Source of the DNA: an uncultured Candidatus Saccharibacteria bacterium
Lineage (GTDB): Bacteria > Patescibacteriota > Minisyncoccia > UBA6257 > 2-01-FULL-56-20
DNA: 55,971 nt
NCBI GenBank assembly: GCA_964456235.1
Contig: CAYWDX010000001.1
Span: forward strand, 267,210 to 323,180
Reading direction: 5' to 3'
Made by a program: the position numbers and the translations under genes. The notes beneath the pieces were generated by a model that did no database searches, was not told the DNA's origin, and saw only the letters and a list, made by a program, of their open reading frames with translations. Of the stretch, positions 17,539 to 26,557 are shown in pieces (position 1 is the stretch's first letter; the number at the start of each line of letters is the position of its first letter).

Positions 17539-20500
17539 ATGGCCAAGCAATCTGCCAATAATCCTCGCAATTTTTTAAATGATGGCTTCGATTTGCCGAA
17601 GCTCGAGGAGAAAGTGCTGGCCTACTGGGACGAGAAAAAGATTTTTGAAAAATCGCTTGCCGCGACCAAGAAGGGCGAGCCCTACGTCTTTTACGAGGGG
17701 CCGCCGTATGCGAATGGGAAACCGGGAATCCACCACGTTCTCGCGCGCGTCGTGAAGGACGTCATGCTGCGTTACAAAACCATGCGTGGGTATCACGTTG
17801 CGCGCAAGGCCGGGTGGGACACGCACGGTCTCCCCGTTGAAATGGCCGCCGAAAAAGCGCTGGGCTTGAAATCGAAACGCGACATCGAAAAATTTGGCGT
17901 CAAGCGATTCAACGAAAAGGCGAAGGAGCAGGTGTGGATTTATAAAGATGAGTGGGAGCGCCTCACGCGACGGATTGGGTACTGGCTCGATCTTAAGGAT
18001 GCGTATGTCACCTACGCGCCTGAATATATAGAGACGATTTGGTGGACGCTCGCGCAAATCTATCGCCGCAAGCTTCTCTATAAGGGGCACAAAGTGGTGC
18101 CGTGGTGCCCGCGCTGCGGAACGGCCCTCTCCTCGCATGAACTGGCGCAGGGGTACCAGGAGGTGGTTGATAATTCCGTTTTCATTAAATTTAAATTAAA
18201 ACCCGGACAGCGGATCGCGAATTTTGTTACCGACGATGCGACCTCCGTGCTTTCTTGGACCACGACGCCTTGGACGCTTCCCGGAAATGTCGCACTCGCG
18301 GTTGGCGAAAATATCAATTATGCCTTCGTGAGGACGACGGCGCCGGATCGCGCTTCCTATCTTGTCGCAAAAGATCTGGCCGCGGAAATTTTTAAAGACA
18401 GCGACTTCGCAGTCCTCGGGGAAATTCCTGGCCGACGTCTTGTTGGCCTTGCATACCAGCCGCTTTTCAATGTGAAGCCACTCCAAACTGATGCCGCGCA
18501 TAAAATTTATCCGGCATCGTTCGTGACGACGACGGAGGGCACAGGCGTCGTGCATACGGCGGTCATGTATGGCGAAGACGATTATGCGCTCGGCAAAAAA
18601 GTTGGCCTGCCAGAATTCCACACCGTGAGCGAGGAAGGAAAATTTGTTGACGAGGTGCCGGGGCTCGCGGGGGATTATGTCAAGGCAAAAAATACCGAAG
18701 AAAAAATCTTTGAATACATGCGCGGTCGCGGGAATCTTTTCCGCATCGTCCCGTTCAAGCATGAATATCCGCACTGCTGGCGCTGCGGTACTGCGGTTCT
18801 GTATTACGCGCGTGACTCGTGGTTCATCGCGATGAGTAAGCTGCGGAAGCAGCTGCTCGCGCAGAACAAAAAAATTAATTGGATGCCGCAGCACGTAAAG
18901 AAAGGACGCTTTGGCGAATGGCTGCACGAAGCGAAGGATTGGAATTTGTCGCGCGAGCGTTACTGGGGCGCGCCCTTGCCGATCTGGGAATGTAAAAAGT
19001 GTGGACATACGGCGGCGATCGACGGGCTCGACTCCCTTTCGAAGCTGGTTGGTCCCGCGCAAAATCGTTACTGGGTGATGCGCCATGGCGAGGCGGAGCA
19101 TAACGTCTTGGGGATACTGGACAGCGGGCCGCGAAATTCTCCACTCACGCCAAAAGGCAAAAAAGAGGTGGCGCGCGAGGCGAAGCGCCTTAAAAAAGCC
19201 GGGATCGACGTGATTATTTCTTCTGAAGTCATGCGCGCGAAACTGACGGCCGAGATCGTAAAGAAAGAGCTTGGCGTGAAGCACCTGCACTTCGACAAGC
19301 GCCTCAACGAAATCTTTTTTGGGCCGAAATTCGAAGGAGGGCCGGTCCGCGCGTATTGGACCGCGTATCCGACGCATGAAGAACGTTACGAAAAACGGCC
19401 GCCGGGCGGCGAGTCGTTGCGCGATGTGCGCGCCCGCGCGTGGCAGCTTCTCAAGGATTGCGAAAAGAAATATAGCGGAAAGAAAATTTTATTTGTAAGC
19501 CATGGCGACCCGATCATCATGATGATCGAAGCGGCGACTGGCCTATCAGAAAAGAAAACCGTTGCTGATTATCTTGAAAGCCGCGGAATGCTTCATAGCT
19601 TGTACCCTAAAAAGGGAGTGCCCAGAGCAATGCACGTGCGTTGGGGTCCGCGCGACGAAACTGGCGGCCTCGATCTCCACCGGCCGTTTGTCGATGGCGT
19701 GACCGCGGTATGTCGAGAATGCGATGGCGGCACGATGCACCGCGTGCGTGAAGTTGCTGATGTTTGGTACGACTCGGGCGCAATGCCGCTCGCGCAGGCG
19801 CACTTTCCATTTGAGCCCGACGCGGCCCATACGGCGGCCATGAAAGCGACTCAAAAGTCTGCCGCGATCCCCAAGCCGCAGAAATTTATCGCGTACCCGG
19901 CCGACTATATTGCTGAAGGGATGGACCAAACGCGCGGGTGGTTTTACACGATGCTTGCGATTGCAACTGCATTGGGCTACGGGGCGCCCTATCGCAATGT
20001 GATCACCTTCGGCCTCATTAACGATAAATTCGGGCACAAGATGTCAAAGTCGAAGGGCAATATTGTCGAGCCGTTTTCGGTGATCGATACGTATGGCGTT
20101 GACGCAGTGCGCTGGTATTTCTATTCCGGGACGCCCTTCGGCGAACCAAAAAATTTTGACGAACAGGACATCGCGAAAACGCTTCGCAAAACCCATCTGA
20201 TCATTTACAACTCGTTCGTATTCTGGAAGACGTATGCGGCGCCCGACGGTACCGATCCGGTCGGCGCGCCGATGATGAGTGCACCGAAAAGCAGAAATAT
20301 TCTCGACCAGTGGATTCTATCGCGCCTGGCCGAACTGCTCGCGGCGGCCACGAAAAAACTCGATCATTACGAAATCCGAGAAGCGGCGATCGAGATCGAC
20401 GCCTTCGCGGACGATCTTTCCCGGTGGTACATTCGCCGCTCGCGCCGCCGTCTCCAAAAACCGGAACATGCGAGTGATTATAGGAGTGCTTCGGCCACGC

Positions 20501-21162
20501 TCGGTTACGTTCTCTTGGCCCTCGCGACCGTGATGGCGCCCTTTACGCCATTTTTCTCGGAAGTGATGTACGCCGCACTTCGTGGCAAGAAGGAATCGGT
20601 GCACCTTGAGCCATGGCCAACGAGGGGAACGCCCGTCCGCGCGCCACAGTCCGCACCCACCCTCAATAAATCATTAAATGCTTCCATGGCCGCCGTCCGC
20701 GAACTCGCTGCGCTCGGCCTCGCCAGGCGCGCGGAAGCCGGCGTGAAGGTCCGCCAACCGCTCGCTTCGCTCGCGGTTGGCGTCTCCCTCCCCGAGCCGC
20801 TCAAAAAAATTCTCGCCGAAGAGGTGAATGTTAAGAAGATTTTAATGAAGCAAACATTAAAGAACGGCGTCGAGCTCGATCTTGCCGTGACGCCCGAACT
20901 CCGCGCCGAGGGGATCCTCCGCGAAGTCGCGCGGATGGTGCAAGAGCTTCGCCAGAAAGCAAACCTCGCGCCTCGAGACCGCATAGCCCTCTTTATCGAA
21001 GGGGCGCCGGCGCTCCATGAAATACTTCGCGCGCACGAGGGTGCCTTGAAACTTGATGTAGGCGCTCGCTCAATTGAATATAAGCGCTCCAGCAGATTTA
21101 CGGCAGAAGAAGAAACAAAATTCGAAGGCGAGACGATCTGGATCGGTCTCCAGAAGGCTTAA
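17539..21162 (+). CDS. ileS: isoleucyl-tRNA synthetase (type 2-like) with an internal histidine-phosphatase domain insertion
   Basis: PPYANGKPGIHHVLARV, the editing domain TTPWTLPGN, WECKKCGH, DLHRPFVD, GMDQTRGWFY and KMSKSKGN. An RHGE-type domain is inserted at about 19060-19660. ATG 17539 is preferred over the upstream in-frame start at 17530. Confidence 0.95.
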   Translation: MAKQSANNPRNFLNDGFDLPKLEEKVLAYWDEKKIFEKSLAATKKGEPYVFYEGPPYANGKPGIHHVLARVVKDVMLRYKTMRGYHVARKAGWDTHGLPVEMAAEKALGLKSKRDIEKFGVKRFNEKAKEQVWIYKDEWERLTRRIGYWLDLKDAYVTYAPEYIETIWWTLAQIYRRKLLYKGHKVVPWCPRCGTALSSHELAQGYQEVVDNSVFIKFKLKPGQRIANFVTDDATSVLSWTTTPWTLPGNVALAVGENINYAFVRTTAPDRASYLVAKDLAAEIFKDSDFAVLGEIPGRRLVGLAYQPLFNVKPLQTDAAHKIYPASFVTTTEGTGVVHTAVMYGEDDYALGKKVGLPEFHTVSEEGKFVDEVPGLAGDYVKAKNTEEKIFEYMRGRGNLFRIVPFKHEYPHCWRCGTAVLYYARDSWFIAMSKLRKQLLAQNKKINWMPQHVKKGRFGEWLHEAKDWNLSRERYWGAPLPIWECKKCGHTAAIDGLDSLSKLVGPAQNRYWVMRHGEAEHNVLGILDSGPRNSPLTPKGKKEVAREAKRLKKAGIDVIISSEVMRAKLTAEIVKKELGVKHLHFDKRLNEIFFGPKFEGGPVRAYWTAYPTHEERYEKRPPGGESLRDVRARAWQLLKDCEKKYSGKKILFVSHGDPIIMMIEAATGLSEKKTVADYLESRGMLHSLYPKKGVPRAMHVRWGPRDETGGLDLHRPFVDGVTAVCRECDGGTMHRVREVADVWYDSGAMPLAQAHFPFEPDAAHTAAMKATQKSAAIPKPQKFIAYPADYIAEGMDQTRGWFYTMLAIATALGYGAPYRNVITFGLINDKFGHKMSKSKGNIVEPFSVIDTYGVDAVRWYFYSGTPFGEPKNFDEQDIAKTLRKTHLIIYNSFVFWKTYAAPDGTDPVGAPMMSAPKSRNILDQWILSRLAELLAAATKKLDHYEIREAAIEIDAFADDLSRWYIRRSRRRLQKPEHASDYRSASATLGYVLLALATVMAPFTPFFSEVMYAALRGKKESVHLEPWPTRGTPVRAPQSAPTLNKSLNASMAAVRELAALGLARRAEAGVKVRQPLASLAVGVSLPEPLKKILAEEVNVKKILMKQTLKNGVELDLAVTPELRAEGILREVARMVQELRQKANLAPRDRIALFIEGAPALHEILRAHEGALKLDVGARSIEYKRSSRFTAEEETKFEGETIWIGLQKA

Positions 21163-22151
21163 TGAATTTTTAATCCTACGGAGCGTTTCACGGCGTCGAT
21201 TTTCTTTTCTGCCACGCGGGCCGCGCGCTCGGTGCCTGCCTGTAAGAGATTTGCGAGCTCGCGCGCGCCATCGAGAAGATTGGTTTTCTTGCTCCGGAAT
21301 TCCGTAAAGTGATCGGCAACCAATTCGGCAAGCCGCGCCTTGAGCGAGGAATATTTTTCGCCGGCGAACTCGCGCACGATGGCCTGCGGTTCCATGTGCG
21401 AGAGGGCGGAATAAATTTCAATCAAATTGGCGAGGCCCGGTTTTTTGTGCGGCTCGTAGGTTATCTCGGATCCCGAGTCGGTCACAGCGCGCGCGATTTT
21501 TTTCTGGATATCTTTCGGTGCGTCATCCAGGAAGAGACATCCTTCCGGCTGTGACTTCGACATTTTCTTCGCCGGGTCTTTCAGGTTCATCACACGCGGA
21601 TTTTTCGTGAGGATCGCTTTCGGTTCCGTGAATGTTTTTCCAAATCGCGCGTTGAATTTCCGGGCAAGCGCGCGCGTCAGTTCAAGGTGCTGCAGCTGGT
21701 CATCGCCGACGGGCACCACGGCAGCGTCGTAGAGAAGGATGTCCGCGGCCATCAAGACCGGGTAGTCAAACAATCCGGCATTACTATTTTCTTTTTGTCG
21801 CGCGGACTTTTCTTTATATTGCGTCATCCGCTCAAGCTCGCCCATGGGAGTTACGGTGTTCAAAATCCACGCGAGTTCCGCATGCGCGGGGATTTCTGAT
21901 TGCTGAAAAATAGTTGAACGTTTTGGATCCAACCCGCCGGCGAGATACTCCGCAAAGGTTTCCAAAACCTGTTCCCGCTTCTCCTTCGGCTCAAAGGGTT
22001 CTGTCATCGAGTGGAGATCCGCGATGAAGAAGTGGCAATCGTACCTTCCCGAGCTCTGCAAATCAACGAAATTTTTGAGGGCCCCCAAATAGTTGCCAAT
22101 ATGGAGGCGTCCTGATGGTTGAATCCCTGAAACGAGGATGGGTTTTCTCAT
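21159..22151 (-). CDS. trpS: tryptophanyl-tRNA synthetase
   Basis: MRKPILVSGIQPSGRLHIGNYLGALKNFV (HIGH) and KMSKSQP (KMSKS). The listed 458-aa ORF has a non-homologous Arg/Ser-rich N-terminal extension that I discard. Confidence 0.95.
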   Translation of the reverse strand: MRKPILVSGIQPSGRLHIGNYLGALKNFVDLQSSGRYDCHFFIADLHSMTEPFEPKEKREQVLETFAEYLAGGLDPKRSTIFQQSEIPAHAELAWILNTVTPMGELERMTQYKEKSARQKENSNAGLFDYPVLMAADILLYDAAVVPVGDDQLQHLELTRALARKFNARFGKTFTEPKAILTKNPRVMNLKDPAKKMSKSQPEGCLFLDDAPKDIQKKIARAVTDSGSEITYEPHKKPGLANLIEIYSALSHMEPQAIVREFAGEKYSSLKARLAELVADHFTEFRSKKTNLLDGARELANLLQAGTERAARVAEKKIDAVKRSVGLKIH

Positions 22152-22165
22152 ATAGTCCCTTTCAG

Positions 22166-22171
22166 TATAAT
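22166..22171 (+). promoter_or_regulatory. candidate -10 box (TATAAT) 6 nt upstream of the ATG at 22178 (possible leaderless transcript)
   Basis: The sequence cagTATAATgaaaatATG lies in the 26-nt divergent gap between trpS and the 22178 gene. Confidence 0.35.
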
Positions 22172-22177
22172 GAAAAT

Positions 22178-22870
22178 ATGAACAAATTTGAACGGAGGAC
22201 TTTCGTGCCGAGTGGTCAGGATGGCGTCGAAATATCTCAACCTGAGTCAGTGCCTTCGCCGGAAGTAGTCGATCATAAAGATAGAAAGGGCAAGTGGGGA
22301 TCGTTACGCAAGCTGATACTGATCGGCACCACTCTTGCGAGCGGTTGGCAGAGTTATGAGTTCTGGGCGCCCCGGGTTGAAGCGATGCGTGCCGAGAGAG
22401 GCAGTAAGGTTGAGTTTTCGTTAAAATCGAAAGTCGAGAATGGCAAGCAGACGGATTTCGCGATCGAGAAACAAGCCGACGGGAAATATATAGTGAGAGG
22501 ATCGATGCGCGGCGGGCCGAGCGTCGTTGCGCCAAAGGAAGGTGGCGGGTTTACCCAGGAGGGCGAGGGAGAGCTTAGTTTTGTGTTGCCGGCCTCAACC
22601 GATATTAAAGATTTCATGGATCGGCTGAAAACCGCACGCGATCCGGGTGAAGTTTTGAGCGACCTGTTCGATTCTTCGTCAGAAGGGACCTACATGAAAA
22701 CGGAGCGTAACGAAAAGGGGACCCATGTTGCCTATGAACTAAAATTTATCCCGGGCCACAAGGGTAAGCCTGCGCATGCGGTGGAAACTTCCTATGATGA
22801 TTCCGGAGAATCCCACACGACCCACATCGCGTTTACCGAGGGGGAGCGACGGGCCAAGAAGAATCTTTAA
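22178..22870 (+). CDS. hypothetical protein with one N-terminal TM anchor
   Basis: ATG at 22178 lies after the divergent trpS start. TM segment LRKLILIGTTLASGW. No recognisable motif. Confidence 0.5.
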   Translation: MNKFERRTFVPSGQDGVEISQPESVPSPEVVDHKDRKGKWGSLRKLILIGTTLASGWQSYEFWAPRVEAMRAERGSKVEFSLKSKVENGKQTDFAIEKQADGKYIVRGSMRGGPSVVAPKEGGGFTQEGEGELSFVLPASTDIKDFMDRLKTARDPGEVLSDLFDSSSEGTYMKTERNEKGTHVAYELKFIPGHKGKPAHAVETSYDDSGESHTTHIAFTEGERRAKKNL

Positions 22871-23114
22871 TAAAATCTTTAACGGAATTTTAACTGCACT
22901 GTGCTTTAGTGGTTTTGCGCGGTAAGCCAATCCTGGCCTGGGTCGATACCTCGCATAAAACAACACCACAACATAATAAACATAGATGAAGGAGATTTTG
23001 GAAAAGGCGCTCACTGACGGGGCCGCCCGCAAACCTCAAGCCATTGAGGATATCGCGGTTGAGCCGAGCAATGATAGTTTCTTGTCCTGGGATTCTTAGA
23101 TAGATCAGCCAGCC

Positions 23115-24551
23115 ATGGGCGCACCATCGCTAGATCCTTTAGGTAAGACATTGGCAACGCCGCCCAGCAATGGCGTAAAGCGCGCCCGGGCTTTGTGGCG
23201 CCTGTTTTTTGAGCCCAAATCTATCGATGAGGATGTAAGGCGCAGGGAATATATCTTGAACGTCATCCTCGGATGGTCGATGGTGATGCTGGCCGCGCTC
23301 GACGGCTCGGTATTGTACCACTCCATTACGCGTGGAAACGACTATCACGGTGTTTCCTTCTGGGCGTTTTCTGCCGTCGTAGTCTTCTTTGTCGGATTGT
23401 ACGCACTTTCACGCCGCGGGTATGTTCGCGCTGCATCGTGTTGCCTGGTCGCGTTGTATTTTGCTGGCGCGAGTTATGCCGCGTATGAATGGGGAGCGAA
23501 TTTGGAAACCGCATTGCTTGGGTACGCGCTCGTCATCGTTATCACGAGTATACTTCTCGGGACAGAGTTTTCATTTTTCGTTACCGCGGGCACCGGCTTA
23601 TTCCTTATCTCGCTATGGCACTTGCAATGGCATGAGTATATTGTGGTCCCAAAAAAACAGGTCAGCAGCCAAACGGACGCCGTCGTCTTCACTATCATTT
23701 TTCTTGCGATCACGGTGGTTGCGTGGCTTTCGAATCGCGAAATCGGCCGGTCTCTGTTCCGGGCGCGGACCTCGGAGCGGACTTTGAAAGAAGAGCGGGA
23801 CCTGCTCGAGGTCCGCGTAGAGGAGCGGACGCAGGCGTTGCGTGACAGTGAGCTGAAAAAGATCGAAGCGCTCTATCAGTTTGCTGAATTCGGACAGCTT
23901 TCTTCGGGGCTTTTCCATGATCTTTTGAATTTGATCAACGCGACCTCGCTGCAGAATGAACGACTGGCGCGCGAAGTCACGGAAGATGCCTTGGCGAACG
24001 CCAGGCGCGTGAATAAGCGGATGGAAAATTTTGTATCCGCCATGCGCCGGCAGCTTGCGCGGCAAGACACGCATGAAAACTTTGCGATAGGCGATATTGT
24101 CGAGCAGGCCATACAACTCCTGGCTTATAAAGCCAAAGAAAATCGCATCGAAATACTTTTTCATGGGACCCCGGGCATGGAATATGCCGGCAGCCCGTTT
24201 AAATTTCATCAGGTGGCGATGAACCTGATCCTGAATGCGATCGAATCGTACGCCGATGCTGCGGCCGTCGAAGCTAACCGTCGCCTCGTCGAGGTGCGTG
24301 CGCGATATGATGGGGATCGGGTCGTTTTGGAGGTGCAAGATTATGGCTGCGGCATTGCGCCCGATATCCAGAAAAAGATATTCGAGCCGTTCTTCACGAC
24401 AAAAAGCCTGAATGGTATGGGCATTGGCCTTGCAACCGTAAAGAAAATAGTTGAGCAAGATTTTCATGGAACCATCGCAATTGAAAGTCAGACAGGGAAG
24501 GGAGCTTTATTTGCCATCGCGCTTCCGCGAGGAATGCGCCGCGATCGTTGA
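23115..24551 (+). CDS. sensor histidine kinase (polytopic N-terminal sensor, HisKA + HATPase_c); no response regulator adjacent
   Basis: About six TM helices and a coiled coil. H-box SSGLFHDLLNLINA, N-box NLILNAIES, G-boxes QDYGCGIAPD and FFTTKSLNGMGIGLATVKKIV. Confidence 0.85.
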   Translation: MGAPSLDPLGKTLATPPSNGVKRARALWRLFFEPKSIDEDVRRREYILNVILGWSMVMLAALDGSVLYHSITRGNDYHGVSFWAFSAVVVFFVGLYALSRRGYVRAASCCLVALYFAGASYAAYEWGANLETALLGYALVIVITSILLGTEFSFFVTAGTGLFLISLWHLQWHEYIVVPKKQVSSQTDAVVFTIIFLAITVVAWLSNREIGRSLFRARTSERTLKEERDLLEVRVEERTQALRDSELKKIEALYQFAEFGQLSSGLFHDLLNLINATSLQNERLAREVTEDALANARRVNKRMENFVSAMRRQLARQDTHENFAIGDIVEQAIQLLAYKAKENRIEILFHGTPGMEYAGSPFKFHQVAMNLILNAIESYADAAAVEANRRLVEVRARYDGDRVVLEVQDYGCGIAPDIQKKIFEPFFTTKSLNGMGIGLATVKKIVEQDFHGTIAIESQTGKGALFAIALPRGMRRDR

Positions 24552-26433
24552 TTCTGCCGTTCGCTGTATTGCTGCCGAGCAGCGGCCTGATGGGGGATTC
24601 GCGCATCGCTCGAGTTCTGACCAGGATGATTTTTCTCGCGGAGGGGATTACGTCACGACATTTTTTACGGCGAATATTCTCGCCTGTTTAAACGCGGTCA
24701 AAAATCCGTGGCGCGATTTTCCTGAAGTTCAAATAATAAAATCACGGGCGGCTCTTTTTCTATTGCGCGAGAAAAGCAGTCGCTGGTCTTTTAACTATTG
24801 GTCGCGCCGTGAGCCGATGCGCAAAAGCCGACCGTACCCCGATGATTTGGATGATACCTTTGTCGCCTTGCGCGCCCTGTATGGTTATCAACCCTCGCTC
24901 GTTGACGGTTCAGTCCTCGCGAGCGTCGTTAAGATTCTTTCCGAGGCCCAAACGTCGCCGGGCGGTCCTTATGTGACGTGGCTTGCCGGGCCAGGTGCCG
25001 GCGTCAAGTGGAAGGATATCGACTTGGCGGTGAATGCGAATATTGGTTCGTTTCTCAAAAGTTTTCGAGTTCACCTGCCTCAATTGGACGACTTCATTGA
25101 GCGCAGAATTTCAGAAAATGCAGTTTGGTCGCGCTACTATCCTTCCGGAAATGTTGTCGATTATTTCGTTGCACATTATGGTCACGCGAGCGGTGGCTCC
25201 GGCTTTGCTTCCGGTACCGCTGCCGTCGCTCAAAGAATATTGCGCCGGCGTCTTCGATCTGGAGGGTGGGGGAATCCGTTGGAAACTGCGATGGCAATTT
25301 CTGCTCTTGGTGATCTGGGTTTTAGGGAACATATTAAAGAGGTAGACATCGCGGAATTCATCGAGGCCCTTCAAAGGGGTGGATGGAAGGCACATCCATT
25401 TTGTCTCGATCCGGCTCGCGACGGCGAGCGGCATTACGCAGGGTCGCCGGCGCTGACCGCAGCGCTGTGCGCCGAATCCTTATCAAAATTTTTGGATGAT
25501 GATGGGCATGCATCGGAAACAATCCTTCGAAAAATAAAAGATTTTGCTCTTGATCGCGCCGCGCATCTTCCGCGCCCGCTCCGCGGAGTTATTTGCCGCG
25601 AAATTAAATCGTTCAACAGCGTCGAAGTTGTCGCCCTGCCGTTTCGGGTCGCTCGCGCGCTGGGCGCCCTCGATTCGATCGACGACGATTTTCTTGAACG
25701 ACTTGCACTCGCCAACTTCTATGGCTGGATCGCGTATTCCCGAATTGATGACCTTTTGGATGGTGATGCTGGCATGGCAACTCTCCCGGTCGCGAATTTC
25801 TTCCTTCGAGAATTTTCTGCACAATACGAAGCTTTGGCCCGGGAAATCAATGGCCTCGACGCCTATTACTCGGCGATCATGGGCGCGATGGATAATGAAA
25901 ATTTTCTTGAACAGGCGAGCCCTCCATCACCTGAAATGCCTGGCTTTAGCCACTTCGCCCGCCGCAGCATGGGGCATGCGCTCCCGGCGATCGCTATCTG
26001 CCTGAAACTTGGCCACCATGACCAGCGCGACCTCGATTCGCTCATGGCATTCTTTCGTAACTATCTCATCGCACGGCAGCTCCATGATGATGCACGTGAT
26101 TGGCTGAAGGATTTTGGGCGCGGCAAACTGAACAGTGTCGGTGCATACCTCGCGAAGATATCGAATACCAGTTCGTACACCCCAGCCGTATTTAAAACTC
26201 TTTTTGAGGAACGTGGCGTTGATTGGGTGGCTGGCCGCATAAAATCTCACACCCACCGCGCTCGCGCAGCCTTGCGCAAAATGAAAATCATCGTCGATGC
26301 CGCTCCACTCAATGCGTTACTCGAGCGGCTTGAAGTTGCGGCTGATCGCAGCATCAAAAACCGGGATGATATCCAGAAATTTTTAAGAACCTTTGCGCCC
26401 TCGGAGGGAATCGAACCCCCATCAAGACCTTAG
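24466..26433 (+). CDS. two-domain isoprenoid-enzyme-like protein: N-terminal class II terpene-cyclase/prenyltransferase-type alpha-alpha barrel + C-terminal class I (polyprenyl-synthase-like) domain
   Basis: N-terminal half has QW-like repeats (AAEQRPDGGF, RSGGWGNP, LQRGGWKA) and PDDLDDTFVALRAL (DxDDT). C-terminal half has YSRIDDLLDGD and ARQLHDDARDW (two DDxxD motifs). The start is uncertain (ATG 24451/24466 or TTG 24511) and all candidates overlap the kinase gene. The 3' end overlaps the antisense tRNA-Arg. Confidence 0.55.
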   Translation: MEPSQLKVRQGRELYLPSRFREECAAIVDSAVRCIAAEQRPDGGFAHRSSSDQDDFSRGGDYVTTFFTANILACLNAVKNPWRDFPEVQIIKSRAALFLLREKSSRWSFNYWSRREPMRKSRPYPDDLDDTFVALRALYGYQPSLVDGSVLASVVKILSEAQTSPGGPYVTWLAGPGAGVKWKDIDLAVNANIGSFLKSFRVHLPQLDDFIERRISENAVWSRYYPSGNVVDYFVAHYGHASGGSGFASGTAAVAQRILRRRLRSGGWGNPLETAMAISALGDLGFREHIKEVDIAEFIEALQRGGWKAHPFCLDPARDGERHYAGSPALTAALCAESLSKFLDDDGHASETILRKIKDFALDRAAHLPRPLRGVICREIKSFNSVEVVALPFRVARALGALDSIDDDFLERLALANFYGWIAYSRIDDLLDGDAGMATLPVANFFLREFSAQYEALAREINGLDAYYSAIMGAMDNENFLEQASPPSPEMPGFSHFARRSMGHALPAIAICLKLGHHDQRDLDSLMAFFRNYLIARQLHDDARDWLKDFGRGKLNSVGAYLAKISNTSSYTPAVFKTLFEERGVDWVAGRIKSHTHRARAALRKMKIIVDAAPLNALLERLEVAADRSIKNRDDIQKFLRTFAPSEGIEPPSRP

Positions 26434-26467
26434 AAGAGTCCTGCTTTATCCATTAAGCTACGAGGGC
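26396..26467 (-). tRNA. tRNA-Arg (anticodon TCT)
   Basis: Reverse complement is GCCCTCG-TA-GCTT-AATGGATA-AAGC-A-GGACT-CTTCTAA-GGTCT-TGAT-GGGGG-TTCGATT-CCCTC-CGAGGGC-G. Confidence 0.85.
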
Positions 26468-26557
26468 AATGCGCCGCGCTGCGTGGAATGTTCGCTGCGA
26501 CGCCTGCCTGCGATTGATTCTAGGTGAGAAAAGAAGTAGTGTGAAGGGACGAAAAAA

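Noticed and set aside
18196-19377. 393-aa ORF antisense to ileS
   Set aside because: It lies entirely within a gene with unmistakable IleRS motifs. The product is Arg/Pro/His-rich, typical of the antisense frame of a GC-rich coding region.
22152-22535. N-terminal 128-aa extension of the trpS ORF
   Set aside because: TrpRS homology begins at MRKPILVSG (ATG 22151). The extension is Ser/Arg-rich and overlaps the divergent gene starting at 22178.
22986-23099. 37-aa ORF (MKEILEKALTDGAARKPQAIEDIAVEPSNDSFLSWDS) with a GGAG-containing start context in the 245-nt gap upstream of the kinase gene
   Set aside because: It is too short to support without conservation or expression data. It may equally be part of the kinase 5' leader.
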